Source of the DNA: Escherichia phage vB_EcoM_G2248
Length of the DNA: 64,000 nt
Direction: 5' to 3' (one strand)
Sequence record: MK327932.1
Below the pieces are notes generated by a model. The model did no database searches. It had not been told where the DNA came from and saw only the letters and a program-made list of their open reading frames with translations. Numbering within the stretch: the first letter of the stretch is position 1; every line of letters starts with the position of its first letter. This document shows positions 46,901 to 55,900 of this stretch, piece after piece. Made by a program: the position numbers and the translations under genes.

Positions 46901-47711
46901 TGGTGGTACTGGTACGGCGCAAGTAGTTGATAGTGATGCTATCGCTTTCGGTAAGATTAACGATTCTGGGTTTGTTGAGCATTACGCCTTTGCTATGGAA
47001 CATAATGGCGACGCGGCAGCATATAGAGACTTTATCGCAGGTCGTAACCTGTATGCGAAACAAGGCGGTTTATACATTGTTGATCAGTCTAATCCGGCAA
47101 TGACTCGCTCAGAAGATGGTATGTTGAATATCGGTCACGGTGGAAGTGTTAACATCAAAGCAGGTTATCAGACGCTTACTACAGAGATTGCCGGGCAGAA
47201 ATATCAGATCGTCCACGCAGGAAACGCAGACGAAGTTCTTAATCGTCAGTTTGTTAAGAATGCTGGCGATACAATGACTGGTAAATTGATTATGGATAAT
47301 GCGTCTATTGTATCAGTTAAGCATGAAGCGATCGCTACTACTGCACCAGCAATTGGTAACATTGGCTTCTGGAACATGCGAGTAACTACCCAAAACATCA
47401 AAGAAACCTACCCAGAAAAGAAAAATGGTACATTGATGCAATGGGGTACTGATGAAAACGGCCTTACCCAAATCTGGTCGCCTGATGGTACTCATAAGCA
47501 TTATATCCGTTCCGGTACAGATGGTCAATGGACCGCATGGGGCGAAATTTACACCAAACAGAACAAGCCTACCGCTCAGGAAATAGGGGCAGTGGTTGCC
47601 GAAGGTGGTTTGATGAACTCTATGACGGTTCGTGACTGGATCAAGGTTGGTAATGTTAAAATTATTGCCAATAATCTGACTCGTACCGTAGATTTTATCT
47701 GGGAAGACTAA
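43971..47711 (+). CDS. 34: long tail fibre proximal subunit gp34
   Basis: 1246 aa; N-terminal VNVALADKNV and repeated TExRRGIAxIATQxET units characteristic of gp34. Confidence 0.9.
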   Translation: MADFSQHFKATFGFDAGNEKVVNVALADKNVNTDAVNVEFFNYHNGITQYDTTRGYDQYGTTIHQNRPYYAKEDITKPAGDFDPTKWQALRTDPRWDYVAATSGDTPLKSGDYIAADCQFANLTFSMPTNPAEGDTITVKDIGGKCGVNELSFLAAGHEFYHNGVVNNRKWYCTTPYAMNYFIFVRNRWHVYQTGTEPRGVYAQPSIDPIQMQNGDQVFRRSSLGNIVLMLPKFANNGDMIQTTDLDGLTATNHVTVKVHEGAQEQSIGTFGLKEIVGKRSGHGVFIFDKPENLWRVWDGDQSVRLNPIIDDTRLSPNSYVAVFGDHDVTLTLPTNVEPGDRIQVSMQYMHGNQTCRIITAAEDTKILMQKNMVQFPKRSEYPFNGTDTWTEVSELSFNAANDYVPYLEFSYSEGDDGKKHWLVAHAHPIVERVDPTRKDRVGVIALATQDETNKNHEDNPSDEVAVTPKVLANKTANETRRGIARIATQAETHQDTGSSFLDDVIVTPKKLNDCVATEARRGVMEIATQHETNEGLDDTRAITPKKLEERRASEDLAGIAEIVQVGGNAAARRGEAGTGIYNINDHAKIVTPQNINEVKATETSRGVGYLATDAEVQGATESTPQDALLITTRTLTKRIATESRTGIAEIATQEETNLGQSDNHIITPKKLHTRRATETLHGLAEIATQPEFDAGRDDARISTPLKIKTFFENAQRLKVDPTQGLNLTGDLWQGIMISGLDATEDTKGVAKVATTQLTDAGEDDATIITPKKLQGKKATEGKEGIIRVGTQAETVAGTMDNVAISPKNFKYVAQTEESWQATEARRGFLKVATQENCFVGDNLQGSTQDLDNYQHDGIAVTPKGLNYALANFLPKMATAQNSLKLGNVEAAKWARRDIDQTIESNYTFNKNVNVKGDLECLKSGSFETLYVTKNSTDDPSNGHLVLGERGVDGHTGITLHGTTLSEGMENSWSIIVGGTGTAQVVDSDAIAFGKINDSGFVEHYAFAMEHNGDAAAYRDFIAGRNLYAKQGGLYIVDQSNPAMTRSEDGMLNIGHGGSVNIKAGYQTLTTEIAGQKYQIVHAGNADEVLNRQFVKNAGDTMTGKLIMDNASIVSVKHEAIATTAPAIGNIGFWNMRVTTQNIKETYPEKKNGTLMQWGTDENGLTQIWSPDGTHKHYIRSGTDGQWTAWGEIYTKQNKPTAQEIGAVVAEGGLMNSMTVRDWIKVGNVKIIANNLTRTVDFIWED

Positions 47712-47745
47712 TTAAAAGGGGGCGAAAGCCCCCTATGGGGTTATT

Positions 47746-48885
47746 ATGACACAAGAGATAGAATTACGCAATACTGGAATTAAGTTTGCGCATTTCGACG
47801 AAGACTCCGCGACATTTACAAGCATTTCAGAAAACAACTCTGTGATGTATAAGCTGGAAGTGCGCGGATCTAATGCGGATTCTTCCAAACCAGCAAGGAT
47901 TAGATTTAATGGAGTGGAGATCGTCGGGACTGGCTATGAGACTGGCCTAAACTTTAAAGTTCTTACTCCAACTGGACAATTGCACGAAGAAAAGGTATTC
48001 TATGGTCGTGGTGCTGTATTGGCAATGCGTGATTATCTTTCTTTACTGAAAGGGGATTATATTATCGCAATGGCATCACATGGAGAACTATTTGCAGATG
48101 TTGTAAGTGATGGCATATTTGCTAAGTTAGGATCTGTGTCTTTCCCTAATTATATTCTATTACAGCAAATGCCTCGTGTATCGTATGCAGCAATTTACTC
48201 TACTAAAATGGGTAAAATTGTTTGTGAAGGCATGCAAGCAACTCACGGAGAAGGGCAAGATTCATCTATACAGATTGAGAAAGTCTATGATACTATAGGT
48301 GATCTTGCAATTACAGGAACACCACAACGATTTTTAGATTATCCGGTCGAGTATGTTAGCGAAGATGCCGAACATTTCGAGCTAATACAATGGCCTCATG
48401 ATGAGATCAGCGCACCACTTGAAGATTTTAACATCAAGGCAGGTGACAAACTATCAATATCTTTTGAATTGTTCCGTGATAGTGCCGCAGCCGCAGCCAA
48501 CGTAACAGCGCGATTCTTCCATAACTATTTTATGGAGGGGCAATATAAAACTGGCGTTCGCTACAATGCCAGCCAGAAAGATCAATGGGAAAAATTCGAA
48601 GCTGTTTATACTGTACCGGAAGGTGTCGATAGTGTAGTAACTGGTTGTATCAGATATCCAACCAACTCCAATGAAGGTGTTGTTAAGGTTAGAAACATCC
48701 TGATTACTCCTATAAGCGGTGTCGTCAAAACTACCGGACCTACTTCCTTTGGTGTTAACGGTATTAGAACAACTCACATTCAGGATAACGGCAATTTCGA
48801 TAACCCTGTTATGAGTCTTCTTAAACTACCTAGAGATAATAAACATATCACGTCAAACAACTTTAAAGAGTTTGATGTTGATTAA
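47746..48885 (+). CDS. 35: long tail fibre hinge protein gp35
   Basis: 379 aa; synteny 34-35-36-37. Confidence 0.8.
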   Translation: MTQEIELRNTGIKFAHFDEDSATFTSISENNSVMYKLEVRGSNADSSKPARIRFNGVEIVGTGYETGLNFKVLTPTGQLHEEKVFYGRGAVLAMRDYLSLLKGDYIIAMASHGELFADVVSDGIFAKLGSVSFPNYILLQQMPRVSYAAIYSTKMGKIVCEGMQATHGEGQDSSIQIEKVYDTIGDLAITGTPQRFLDYPVEYVSEDAEHFELIQWPHDEISAPLEDFNIKAGDKLSISFELFRDSAAAAANVTARFFHNYFMEGQYKTGVRYNASQKDQWEKFEAVYTVPEGVDSVVTGCIRYPTNSNEGVVKVRNILITPISGVVKTTGPTSFGVNGIRTTHIQDNGNFDNPVMSLLKLPRDNKHITSNNFKEFDVD

Positions 48886-48896
48886 CATTTTTAACA

Positions 48897-48926
48897 AGCC
48901 GATCCTCGTGGTCGGCTTTATTTTTA
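48897..48926 (+). terminator. rho-independent terminator after gene 35
   Basis: GCCGATCC-TCGT-GGTCGGC followed by TTTATTTTTAT. Confidence 0.6.
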
Positions 48927-49046
48927 TGCAGTTGGTTAAAACATAACCAAAACGAAGAAAGATCTTTAGAATAATAGAAAATTTGTTTCGGTTAAAAAAT
49001 AATCAGTGCCTACGGCACGTCGCGAAGCGATATTTTGTTAACATTC

Positions 49047-49054
49047 TATAAATA
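49047..49054 (+). promoter_or_regulatory. T4-type late promoter TATAAATA upstream of gene 36
   Basis: Exact octamer 34 nt upstream of ATG 49088. Confidence 0.55.
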
Positions 49055-49087
49055 CTCGGAACTATAACTAATTTTTGAGGTTACTTT

Positions 49088-50578
49088 ATGGCAGATTTGA
49101 AACATGGATCTACTGTAGGCGGATCTCCCATTTGGACGCAAGGAAACTTGACGATCCAGCCAGCGGGGGACCAGCTTTTCTATAAAGGTCATAAAATCTA
49201 TACTGCGTTTGACAAGCCAACGGCGGAAGATTCTGATTCCGTCAGTGCAACCGAAGGTGGTACATTTCAGAAACTGGTCCATTTTGAGGAAGGTTTAAGC
49301 GTAGGTAGCGCATCCGGTGGAGAAACCAAAAAGAACGGGATCTTTAAAGGCAAGAGTGATGCTGCTAACTTTGATGGTGTAAGTTGGGGTTTGCATTCGT
49401 GGAAATCCATCGGTTTTGTTAATGCTCGTGATGATGTTATCATGGCTTATATTGACACTACCACAGGTGATTTTAAAACTAAAGGGACCATCGAAGGGAC
49501 AACCATTAAAGACACTGGTCAACGCGTCTATAGCCCTGTTAATAAGCCGACGAATAATGATTTAGATTTGGTGTCTCGTCGCGGTGATACTCTCACAGGA
49601 ACATATAACTTAAACACTGTCACTGTTAAACTATCGGTTGATTCGAAATTAATTGCAAGGGGACGTGATTTAATTAATTTTGATGCGACTAAGATCTATT
49701 ATGGTAACGTTCTTGATACGTTGGTATTCCGTAGCAAAGATGAGCCTACCATTTTTGTTAATGGCAAAGAAGGTCGTTTTTATCACACCAACAATAAACC
49801 AACTAAAGCCGATGTTGGACTAGGTAATGTCACCAATGATGCACAGGTTAAACGTGCTGGTGATATTATGGAAGGTAACTTGCAAGCGCCTAGAATGTTG
49901 GCGACAAACGATCCTGCTGGTCCGAATGAATTGGTTCGTTTGAGCTACTTTGAGAAAAAATCAATGGTAGCAAATCCAACAATCATTGGAAACGTTGATT
50001 GGAACACTCTTATTAATCGCGGTATCTATCGTGTGGAAAATGCTGGATCAGGTACTAATAAACCGTCTGATAGCTATTATAACGGCGTTTTGATGGTATA
50101 TCGCCCAGAAGATGCGGTCGGTACTCGTCGAATTGTTCAGGTATACTATCCTGAATCTATTGATCATCCGATGTGTTGGCGTTCTTGTTCTAATGAATCA
50201 TGGACCGCATGGAACTATGTAGATCACCGTAAATTGGCTGATGCTCGCTATGTTAATGTGACTGGCGATACCATGACGGGTGCTTTGACAGTTCCCGCTG
50301 CAAACGGCGTTCGTACAGCAAAAGCCAACTATAATGGTGATAATTGCTACGCTGGACTTAATAGCTTAGATGGTACAGCAATGATTCATCGTGTTAGCGA
50401 TATTAAAGCGCACGAGAAACTAGGCATCACACATGATTCTAAAATTATTTTCGTTAAATCCCGTGACAATACTCAGGACACCGATACATTTGAATTATAC
50501 CACGAAGGACACAAACCAACTCCTGATGATGTTGGTGCTGTTCCGCTTAATGCGGTAATTGATTTTGGTACTTTCTAA
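49088..50578 (+). CDS. 36: long tail fibre distal subunit gp36 (enlarged, 496 aa)
   Basis: N-terminus MADLKHGSTVGGSPIWTQGN matches T4 gp36 start; internal fibre repeats (NKPT...GDTxTG). Confidence 0.85.
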   Translation: MADLKHGSTVGGSPIWTQGNLTIQPAGDQLFYKGHKIYTAFDKPTAEDSDSVSATEGGTFQKLVHFEEGLSVGSASGGETKKNGIFKGKSDAANFDGVSWGLHSWKSIGFVNARDDVIMAYIDTTTGDFKTKGTIEGTTIKDTGQRVYSPVNKPTNNDLDLVSRRGDTLTGTYNLNTVTVKLSVDSKLIARGRDLINFDATKIYYGNVLDTLVFRSKDEPTIFVNGKEGRFYHTNNKPTKADVGLGNVTNDAQVKRAGDIMEGNLQAPRMLATNDPAGPNELVRLSYFEKKSMVANPTIIGNVDWNTLINRGIYRVENAGSGTNKPSDSYYNGVLMVYRPEDAVGTRRIVQVYYPESIDHPMCWRSCSNESWTAWNYVDHRKLADARYVNVTGDTMTGALTVPAANGVRTAKANYNGDNCYAGLNSLDGTAMIHRVSDIKAHEKLGITHDSKIIFVKSRDNTQDTDTFELYHEGHKPTPDDVGAVPLNAVIDFGTF

Positions 50579-50582
50579 TTCT

Positions 50583-50606
50583 AGCGGGGATAATCCCCGC
50601 TTTTCT
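50583..50606 (+). terminator. rho-independent terminator after gene 36
   Basis: AGCGGGGA-TAAT-CCCCGCT followed by TTTCT. Confidence 0.55.
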
Positions 50607-50645
50607 AAATAATATTATTCTAATAACCGTTAAGGATTTTATAAA

Positions 50646-53600
50646 ATGGCAGATTTACAGAGAATCCAATTTAAAAGAACAAGTACGGCAGGTCGCAAGC
50701 CGGATGCGAATATTCTAACTCCGGGTGAACTTGCTATTAACCTAGCGGATCGAGAACTATATACAAAAGATGACAGCAATAATGTAATTACTTTGGGACA
50801 GTTTCGCGGTGAATTGCCATCTGATGCAAATTTAGATAATTATGGACCTACTGGTAAATTTACTGGCATTTGGTCTAAATCAACTTCAACCAACGCTCAA
50901 CCAACGCATAAATTCCCAGAAGAGAATGCTGTAGGTGTATTAGAAGTATTTGTGGCTGGCCAATTTGCTGGTACTCAGCGATATACAACTAGGTACGGTA
51001 ACGTCTTTATTCGATCTTTGTCTGCTAAATGGAATGGTGTTGATGGTCCGTGGGGTGTGTGGAGAAATATTCAATCCGGTACTCGTCCATTGTCAACCAC
51101 AATTGATCTTAATGATCTAGGTGGCGCGGAACATTTTGGTTTGTGGCGGAATAGTTCAAATACCATTGCTACCTTTGACAGAAATTTCCCAGAAGAAGGA
51201 TCGTCCGCTCAAGGACTTTTAGAAGTATATGAAGGTGGAAACTATTCTCGCACACAGAGATATACGACCAGATTTGGTGTTGTTTATACTCGTTGTCTTG
51301 CTGCTGCGTGGGATGCTACTGCTCCTAAATGGGGACCGTGGCAACAAGTCGGTAACGTCACACCAGCGACTTTCTATGACGGAAACCTGAATGATTTTAA
51401 AACTCCTGGGTTATATAATATTTTAGGCACTGATGCCGTTATTAACTGTCCTACAGGTGAAGGTTTGCCGCCTGTTATTGTTGGTTTACTGGAAGTTAAA
51501 CAGCGTGCTTCCGGTGGTGCTATTTTCCAAAAATTTACTACTGCCGGAACGAGTGCAACTACTCGCGGACGTATTTTTGAGCGTGCATATACTGGTGGTG
51601 CGTGGGGAGCATGGAACGAAGTATATACATCTTATTCTCTGCCAATTACTTTGGGTATGGGTGGTGTTAAATCTCAATTAACAGAGTTAGATTGGCAAAC
51701 ATTTGACTTTATTCCTGGTGGGATGTATAGCGTACCGCTGAATAAAGTCAAGAACATGCCAGCAAATATGGATTGGGGAACGATTGACGGTAACTTAATT
51801 ATGTTATCCGTTGGACCTAGTGAGCATACCGGAACAGGTCGCACCGTTCAAGTTTGGCGTGGTACTGTGACACAAGCTAACTACCGTTATTTTGTCGTTC
51901 GTGTTGCTGGTAATCCGGGAAATAGAACTAATACCGTTCGCCGTGTTGTTGTTGAAGATGGTCGCCACACATGGACGGCGCAGCAAGATTTTAATGGCGC
52001 TGTTAATTTCGGCGGTTCGACCGTATTTAAATCAACTACAACATTCAATACAGAAGTTAAATTCCGCTCATCTAATGCATTTAAAATGTACGGCGGTAAA
52101 TTTGGTACAATTTTCCGTAATGATGGTGAAAGTCTTTATATTCTTTCCACCGACGAAGATGATCAAGATGGAAACTTTAACACAAATAGACCTTTCCGGT
52201 ATCAATTCAAAACTGGTGATGTTACTTTAGGTGGAACTAGCGGTGCTGATATTTTAAGATTAAAAAGTAGTTCGCTTGCTGCTACCTTTGGTGGTGATGT
52301 TAACTTAAGTAAAGGTACATTGACGTTTGCAGCTGGTGGTAAGCAATCACGCGATTACTTCCGGTTTAATCATTGGGGTGATAGCAATAACGCTCGTGAT
52401 AACATTATTCAGTTAGAAGATAGTAAAGGCGCTCATTTTTCCACTGAACGTACTTTAGCGACGGGTGCAATTAAAACTAAATTCTTTGGTGAAGTTGAAT
52501 CCGATGGTCGATTGACTATTAAACGTCCGGGTGATGCTATTGTATTATCGACTACAGCTAGCAACGCTTTGCATATTCGCGGCGATGTTGATGGAAACAA
52601 TAACTGGTATATTGGTAAAGGTGGTGCTGATAATTCACTAGCATTTTATAGCTATGCAACTCAGGCTGGTATACACATCACGAATAATGGCGAGATAGCA
52701 CTTGCGCCACAAAATTTTAATAATGTTAGTATTAGCAAAGACCGCATCTATATCAACGCTACACAGTGGGTTGCTAATCATTCTGGTGCGTGGGATGGGC
52801 AATGGCGCGAAGAAGCACCTATCTTTGTTGATCAGGGTAGTGTTGGAGAAGATAGCTATTATCCACTTATTAAAGGACATAGCCAGATCACAGGTCAAGG
52901 TTATTCTACTAAGGTTGATTTTGGCTTACGTCGTACTCCCCAAACATGGGGACAAGCTGTTATTCGTGTTGGTTCTGCGGAAAACTCTCCGGCTTCTGGA
53001 CGCCCTCAAGGAATATTTGAGTTTCATGCTAACGGAACTTCATATTCTCCTAAAGTTAAAACCGAAGCACTTGCCATCGGTACAGAGTCTATTTGGGGAT
53101 CGCCACATTTAGTTCTCGGTGATAATGACACTGGCTTAATGTGGGGTGGTGATGGACGTATTAACCTGCTTGCTAACGGACAGCATATTGCATCATGGGG
53201 TGTTTTCCATCAAGAACATCCTGGACTATGGTCTGTCGGTGCTGGGTTATGGACAGAAGTCGATAAAGCGATTATTTCTCATGGTCATTTGATTCAGGCG
53301 AATGACAACTATTCGACATATGTTCGTGACATTTATATCCGTTCTGATATTCGCGTGAAGAAGGATTTAGTTAAATTTGAAAATGCATCACAGACACTTT
53401 CAAAAATTAATGGATATATGTACCTTCAAAAGCGAGGATTAAATGAAGACGGTAGCGAACGATGGGAGCCTAATGCTGGTTTGATTGCTCAGGAAGTTCA
53501 ATCCATTTTGCCGGAACTAGTTGAAGGTGATCCGGTTGGTGAGAATCTTCTTCGTTTGAACTATAACGGCGTTATTGGTTTAAATACTGCTGCAATCAAC

Positions 53601-53690
53601 GAACACACAGAAGAAATTTCACTTCTTAAAGAAGAAAATAAACTTCTTCGTGATCGTCTTGCTGCAATTGAGGCTAAATTATTTGGTTAA
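50646..53690 (+). CDS. 37: long tail fibre distal subunit gp37 with C-terminal intramolecular chaperone (peptidase S74-like) domain
   Basis: N-terminus MADLQRIQFKRTSTAGRKPDANILTPGELAINL as in T4 gp37; C-terminal ~130 aa (DIRVKKDLVKF...GYMYLQKRG...LKEENKLLRDRL) resembles autoproteolytic chaperone domains. Confidence 0.85.
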   Translation: MADLQRIQFKRTSTAGRKPDANILTPGELAINLADRELYTKDDSNNVITLGQFRGELPSDANLDNYGPTGKFTGIWSKSTSTNAQPTHKFPEENAVGVLEVFVAGQFAGTQRYTTRYGNVFIRSLSAKWNGVDGPWGVWRNIQSGTRPLSTTIDLNDLGGAEHFGLWRNSSNTIATFDRNFPEEGSSAQGLLEVYEGGNYSRTQRYTTRFGVVYTRCLAAAWDATAPKWGPWQQVGNVTPATFYDGNLNDFKTPGLYNILGTDAVINCPTGEGLPPVIVGLLEVKQRASGGAIFQKFTTAGTSATTRGRIFERAYTGGAWGAWNEVYTSYSLPITLGMGGVKSQLTELDWQTFDFIPGGMYSVPLNKVKNMPANMDWGTIDGNLIMLSVGPSEHTGTGRTVQVWRGTVTQANYRYFVVRVAGNPGNRTNTVRRVVVEDGRHTWTAQQDFNGAVNFGGSTVFKSTTTFNTEVKFRSSNAFKMYGGKFGTIFRNDGESLYILSTDEDDQDGNFNTNRPFRYQFKTGDVTLGGTSGADILRLKSSSLAATFGGDVNLSKGTLTFAAGGKQSRDYFRFNHWGDSNNARDNIIQLEDSKGAHFSTERTLATGAIKTKFFGEVESDGRLTIKRPGDAIVLSTTASNALHIRGDVDGNNNWYIGKGGADNSLAFYSYATQAGIHITNNGEIALAPQNFNNVSISKDRIYINATQWVANHSGAWDGQWREEAPIFVDQGSVGEDSYYPLIKGHSQITGQGYSTKVDFGLRRTPQTWGQAVIRVGSAENSPASGRPQGIFEFHANGTSYSPKVKTEALAIGTESIWGSPHLVLGDNDTGLMWGGDGRINLLANGQHIASWGVFHQEHPGLWSVGAGLWTEVDKAIISHGHLIQANDNYSTYVRDIYIRSDIRVKKDLVKFENASQTLSKINGYMYLQKRGLNEDGSERWEPNAGLIAQEVQSILPELVEGDPVGENLLRLNYNGVIGLNTAAINEHTEEISLLKEENKLLRDRLAAIEAKLFG

Positions 53691-53728
53691 TTAAAATAGC
53701 GGGGAGAAATCCCCGCTAAGGATCTTAA

Positions 53729-54025
53729 ATGGGATATTGGTTCGGTAGTGAAATTAATACTAAAATTGATGCTTTAAAGTGGCATGTTTTTGATATTCCT
53801 AATGGATATGTTCCCGGACGTGCTGGTGTTGCCGTTTTGCGGCATACCGCTCGTGATGGTTGGGGCGATATGCATATTTTCGTTGACGGTGTGGTCGCCG
53901 CGCGTCGTCGTGGTGGTGGGGATTGGGGATTTACGGTTAATGCGTTTGTTCCTGCTGGATGTACTGTCACCTTTGGTCATGGGGGTGTCGGTGGTATTGA
54001 ATACTTTAAATTTATGGAGTTTTAA
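53729..54025 (+). CDS. Gly-rich small protein, paralogue 1 of 3 (gene 38 position)
   Basis: 98 aa, RBS AAGGA; shares W..DIPNGY/W core and GGG(G)D block with next two ORFs. Confidence 0.6.
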   Translation: MGYWFGSEINTKIDALKWHVFDIPNGYVPGRAGVAVLRHTARDGWGDMHIFVDGVVAARRRGGGDWGFTVNAFVPAGCTVTFGHGGVGGIEYFKFMEF

Positions 54026-54027
54026 TT

Positions 54028-54333
54028 ATGGCTGGATGGGTTGCTGGAAGAATGGCTAATGCCATTAGCATTTATGCTAATGGTGGGTGGTTTGGTATCC
54101 CTAATGGTTGGGTGGCTGATTCATGCGGTATTGTGTCTGTTCATGCCGAAGCCGTTGGTGGCGGTGGGGACCTGGACGCAGAATTATATGTAAACGGTAC
54201 TCTCGAATCAGGTCATCACGCTGGTAATGCAGGAAGTTGGGGAGCAAGTTCTTTAGTTGGTGCTGGCGCTACTGTCAGTTTTAGTATTGGTAAAGGAAGT
54301 TTAAACCACTTCCAATTTAGGAGAATGCAATAA
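54028..54333 (+). CDS. Gly-rich small protein, paralogue 2 of 3
   Basis: 101 aa, RBS GGAG; WFGIPNGWVAD, GGGGD. Confidence 0.6.
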   Translation: MAGWVAGRMANAISIYANGGWFGIPNGWVADSCGIVSVHAEAVGGGGDLDAELYVNGTLESGHHAGNAGSWGASSLVGAGATVSFSIGKGSLNHFQFRRMQ

Positions 54334-54635
54334 TGGCATTTTGGGTAGATGGTGCTTTAGGTAATAGAGCAGGTAAAGCGAATCAAGGATGGTTTGATAT
54401 TCCTAACGGTTGGACACCTGACGCTTTCGGCACGGTTTCATTTGGTGCTCATTCTTCTGGTGGTGGCGGTGGTGACTCAGAATTGCTTTTGCATGGCTTT
54501 TGTGTGTCTGGAAGTCATAAGGGTCATGATTGGGGACAGATCCATTCTTGTATTGTGCCGCAGGGAGTAACGATCACGGTAACTACAAACAGGGGTATTT
54601 CCCATCTTCGTTATAGACGCTTGAGCAACCGTTAA
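54333..54635 (+). CDS. Gly-rich small protein, paralogue 3 of 3
   Basis: 100 aa, RBS AGGAGAA; WFDIPNGWTPD, GGGGGD. Confidence 0.6.
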   Translation: MAFWVDGALGNRAGKANQGWFDIPNGWTPDAFGTVSFGAHSSGGGGGDSELLLHGFCVSGSHKGHDWGQIHSCIVPQGVTITVTTNRGISHLRYRRLSNR

Positions 54636-54686
54636 AAAGAATTAAGGAAACCTCCCACGGAAGGGAACTACTAAGGAGAAACGGCT

Positions 54687-54926
54687 ATGGTCTATAATAT
54701 CGTCATTGGTGCTTTGTCTAATTTCGGAATGAAACTATTGTCAAAGTTAATTAGTGAAAAGATGCTCACTAAAATTTTCTTCTATTGCGCTCGTCGTCTT
54801 GCGGCTTATACCAATACGCCAATTGACGATCGTTTCGTGGAAGAACTTTATAAGGAGTTTAATAAAGATCAGTCAGAAGATAGCAACGAGCAAAATAAAA
54901 ATGGTGATAGTCAAGTACCTAAATAA
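54687..54926 (+). CDS. hypothetical protein
   Basis: 79 aa, RBS AAGGAGAA. Confidence 0.45.
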   Translation: MVYNIVIGALSNFGMKLLSKLISEKMLTKIFFYCARRLAAYTNTPIDDRFVEELYKEFNKDQSEDSNEQNKNGDSQVPK

Positions 54927-54959
54927 GAGTACACTGTCATAGTTATCTTAGGGCATTAT

Positions 54960-55616
54960 ATGCAAGTTTCTGAAAAAGGGAAAGACTTTGCTATCTCAAA
55001 TGTCCTGCGCGCTATTTTCACAACTAAAAGCACGGAGTTGCTCGTACTTCGTGTTTTTGCTGCCGTCGTGTTGTCCATATTAGCATTTGTCGTTTATAGT
55101 AAAAACGAGTTATTTGCGCTTTATAAAGAGACTCGTTATGAGACTTATGCTCACGTTCTCCAGGTAGAGAAAGACCGCAATTTTGATAATGCAGCACAGG
55201 AGCAGTTACAGATAGTTCATGTGTCGGCTGATGCCGATTTTTCTGCTGTTTTTAGTTTTCGTCCGAAAAACCTAAACTATTTTGTTGATTTGGTGGCATA
55301 TGAAGGAAAGCTACCGCATACAATCGATGAAAAAAATTTAGGCGGATTCCCTATCAATAAAACGAGTGAAGAATATCGTAGGCATCTTTTAGGTAAATCC
55401 TATTTTACCGATAAAGATTTCCAGTATATTCCATCAAGAGAAAAGAAATTAGAGAGTATCGATATAGGGGTTATGTATTCTTGTCCTATATTCAATCTCG
55501 ACAATGTCTATTCTGGTAGTATCTCCATTGCATGGAAGAATAAACCGGATATTGACATTGAGAATTTAGATACTCTTTGCAATCAATCTGCCAGAATCCT
55601 CGGAAGGATTAGATAA
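54960..55616 (+). CDS. t: holin / lysis-inhibition sensor T
   Basis: 218 aa; single N-terminal TM, QEQLQIVHVSADADFSAVFSFRPKNLNYFVDLVAYEGKLP and C-terminal ARILGR nearly as in T4 T. Confidence 0.9.
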   Translation: MQVSEKGKDFAISNVLRAIFTTKSTELLVLRVFAAVVLSILAFVVYSKNELFALYKETRYETYAHVLQVEKDRNFDNAAQEQLQIVHVSADADFSAVFSFRPKNLNYFVDLVAYEGKLPHTIDEKNLGGFPINKTSEEYRRHLLGKSYFTDKDFQYIPSREKKLESIDIGVMYSCPIFNLDNVYSGSISIAWKNKPDIDIENLDTLCNQSARILGRIR

Positions 55617-55620
55617 CTTA

Positions 55621-55655
55621 AAGGGGAAGCCTTTCGGCCTCCCCTTCTTTTTTAT
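55621..55655. terminator. bidirectional rho-independent terminator after t
   Basis: AAGGGGAAGCC-TTTC-GGCCTCCCCTT followed by CTTTTTTATT. Confidence 0.75.
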
Positions 55656-55900
55656 TGACGCATAGACGCGCCTGAATCGCATTTTGACGCTGTATGATGA
55701 AAACATGTAGCGTACCAGTCATCGGATTGTTTGTCTTCGTCAGAAAACGCGTAATTTCGTTGTATGCCGTTTTCTACTTTGACCAGTGCAATAGCTGTTT
55801 CTGGAAGATCAATCAATCGGACAAAATCACCATCTTCCCACTCTACACGAGCAATATCATAGCCCATCTCAAAGTATACAATCGCTTGTTCTAATTTCAT
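55652..55900 (-). CDS. hypothetical protein
   Basis: 82 aa. Confidence 0.45.
   Translation of the reverse strand: MKLEQAIVYFEMGYDIARVEWEDGDFVRLIDLPETAIALVKVENGIQRNYAFSDEDKQSDDWYATCFHHTASKCDSGASMRQ

Noticed and set aside
47716-47733. Hairpins after gp34 (47716-47733) and after gp37 (53698-53717) as terminators
   Set aside because: Both are GC stems (GGGGGC-GAAA-GCCCCC; AGCGGGGA-GAAA-TCCCCGCT) but lack a downstream U-run; more likely RNA stability or translational-coupling structures, so not called as terminators.
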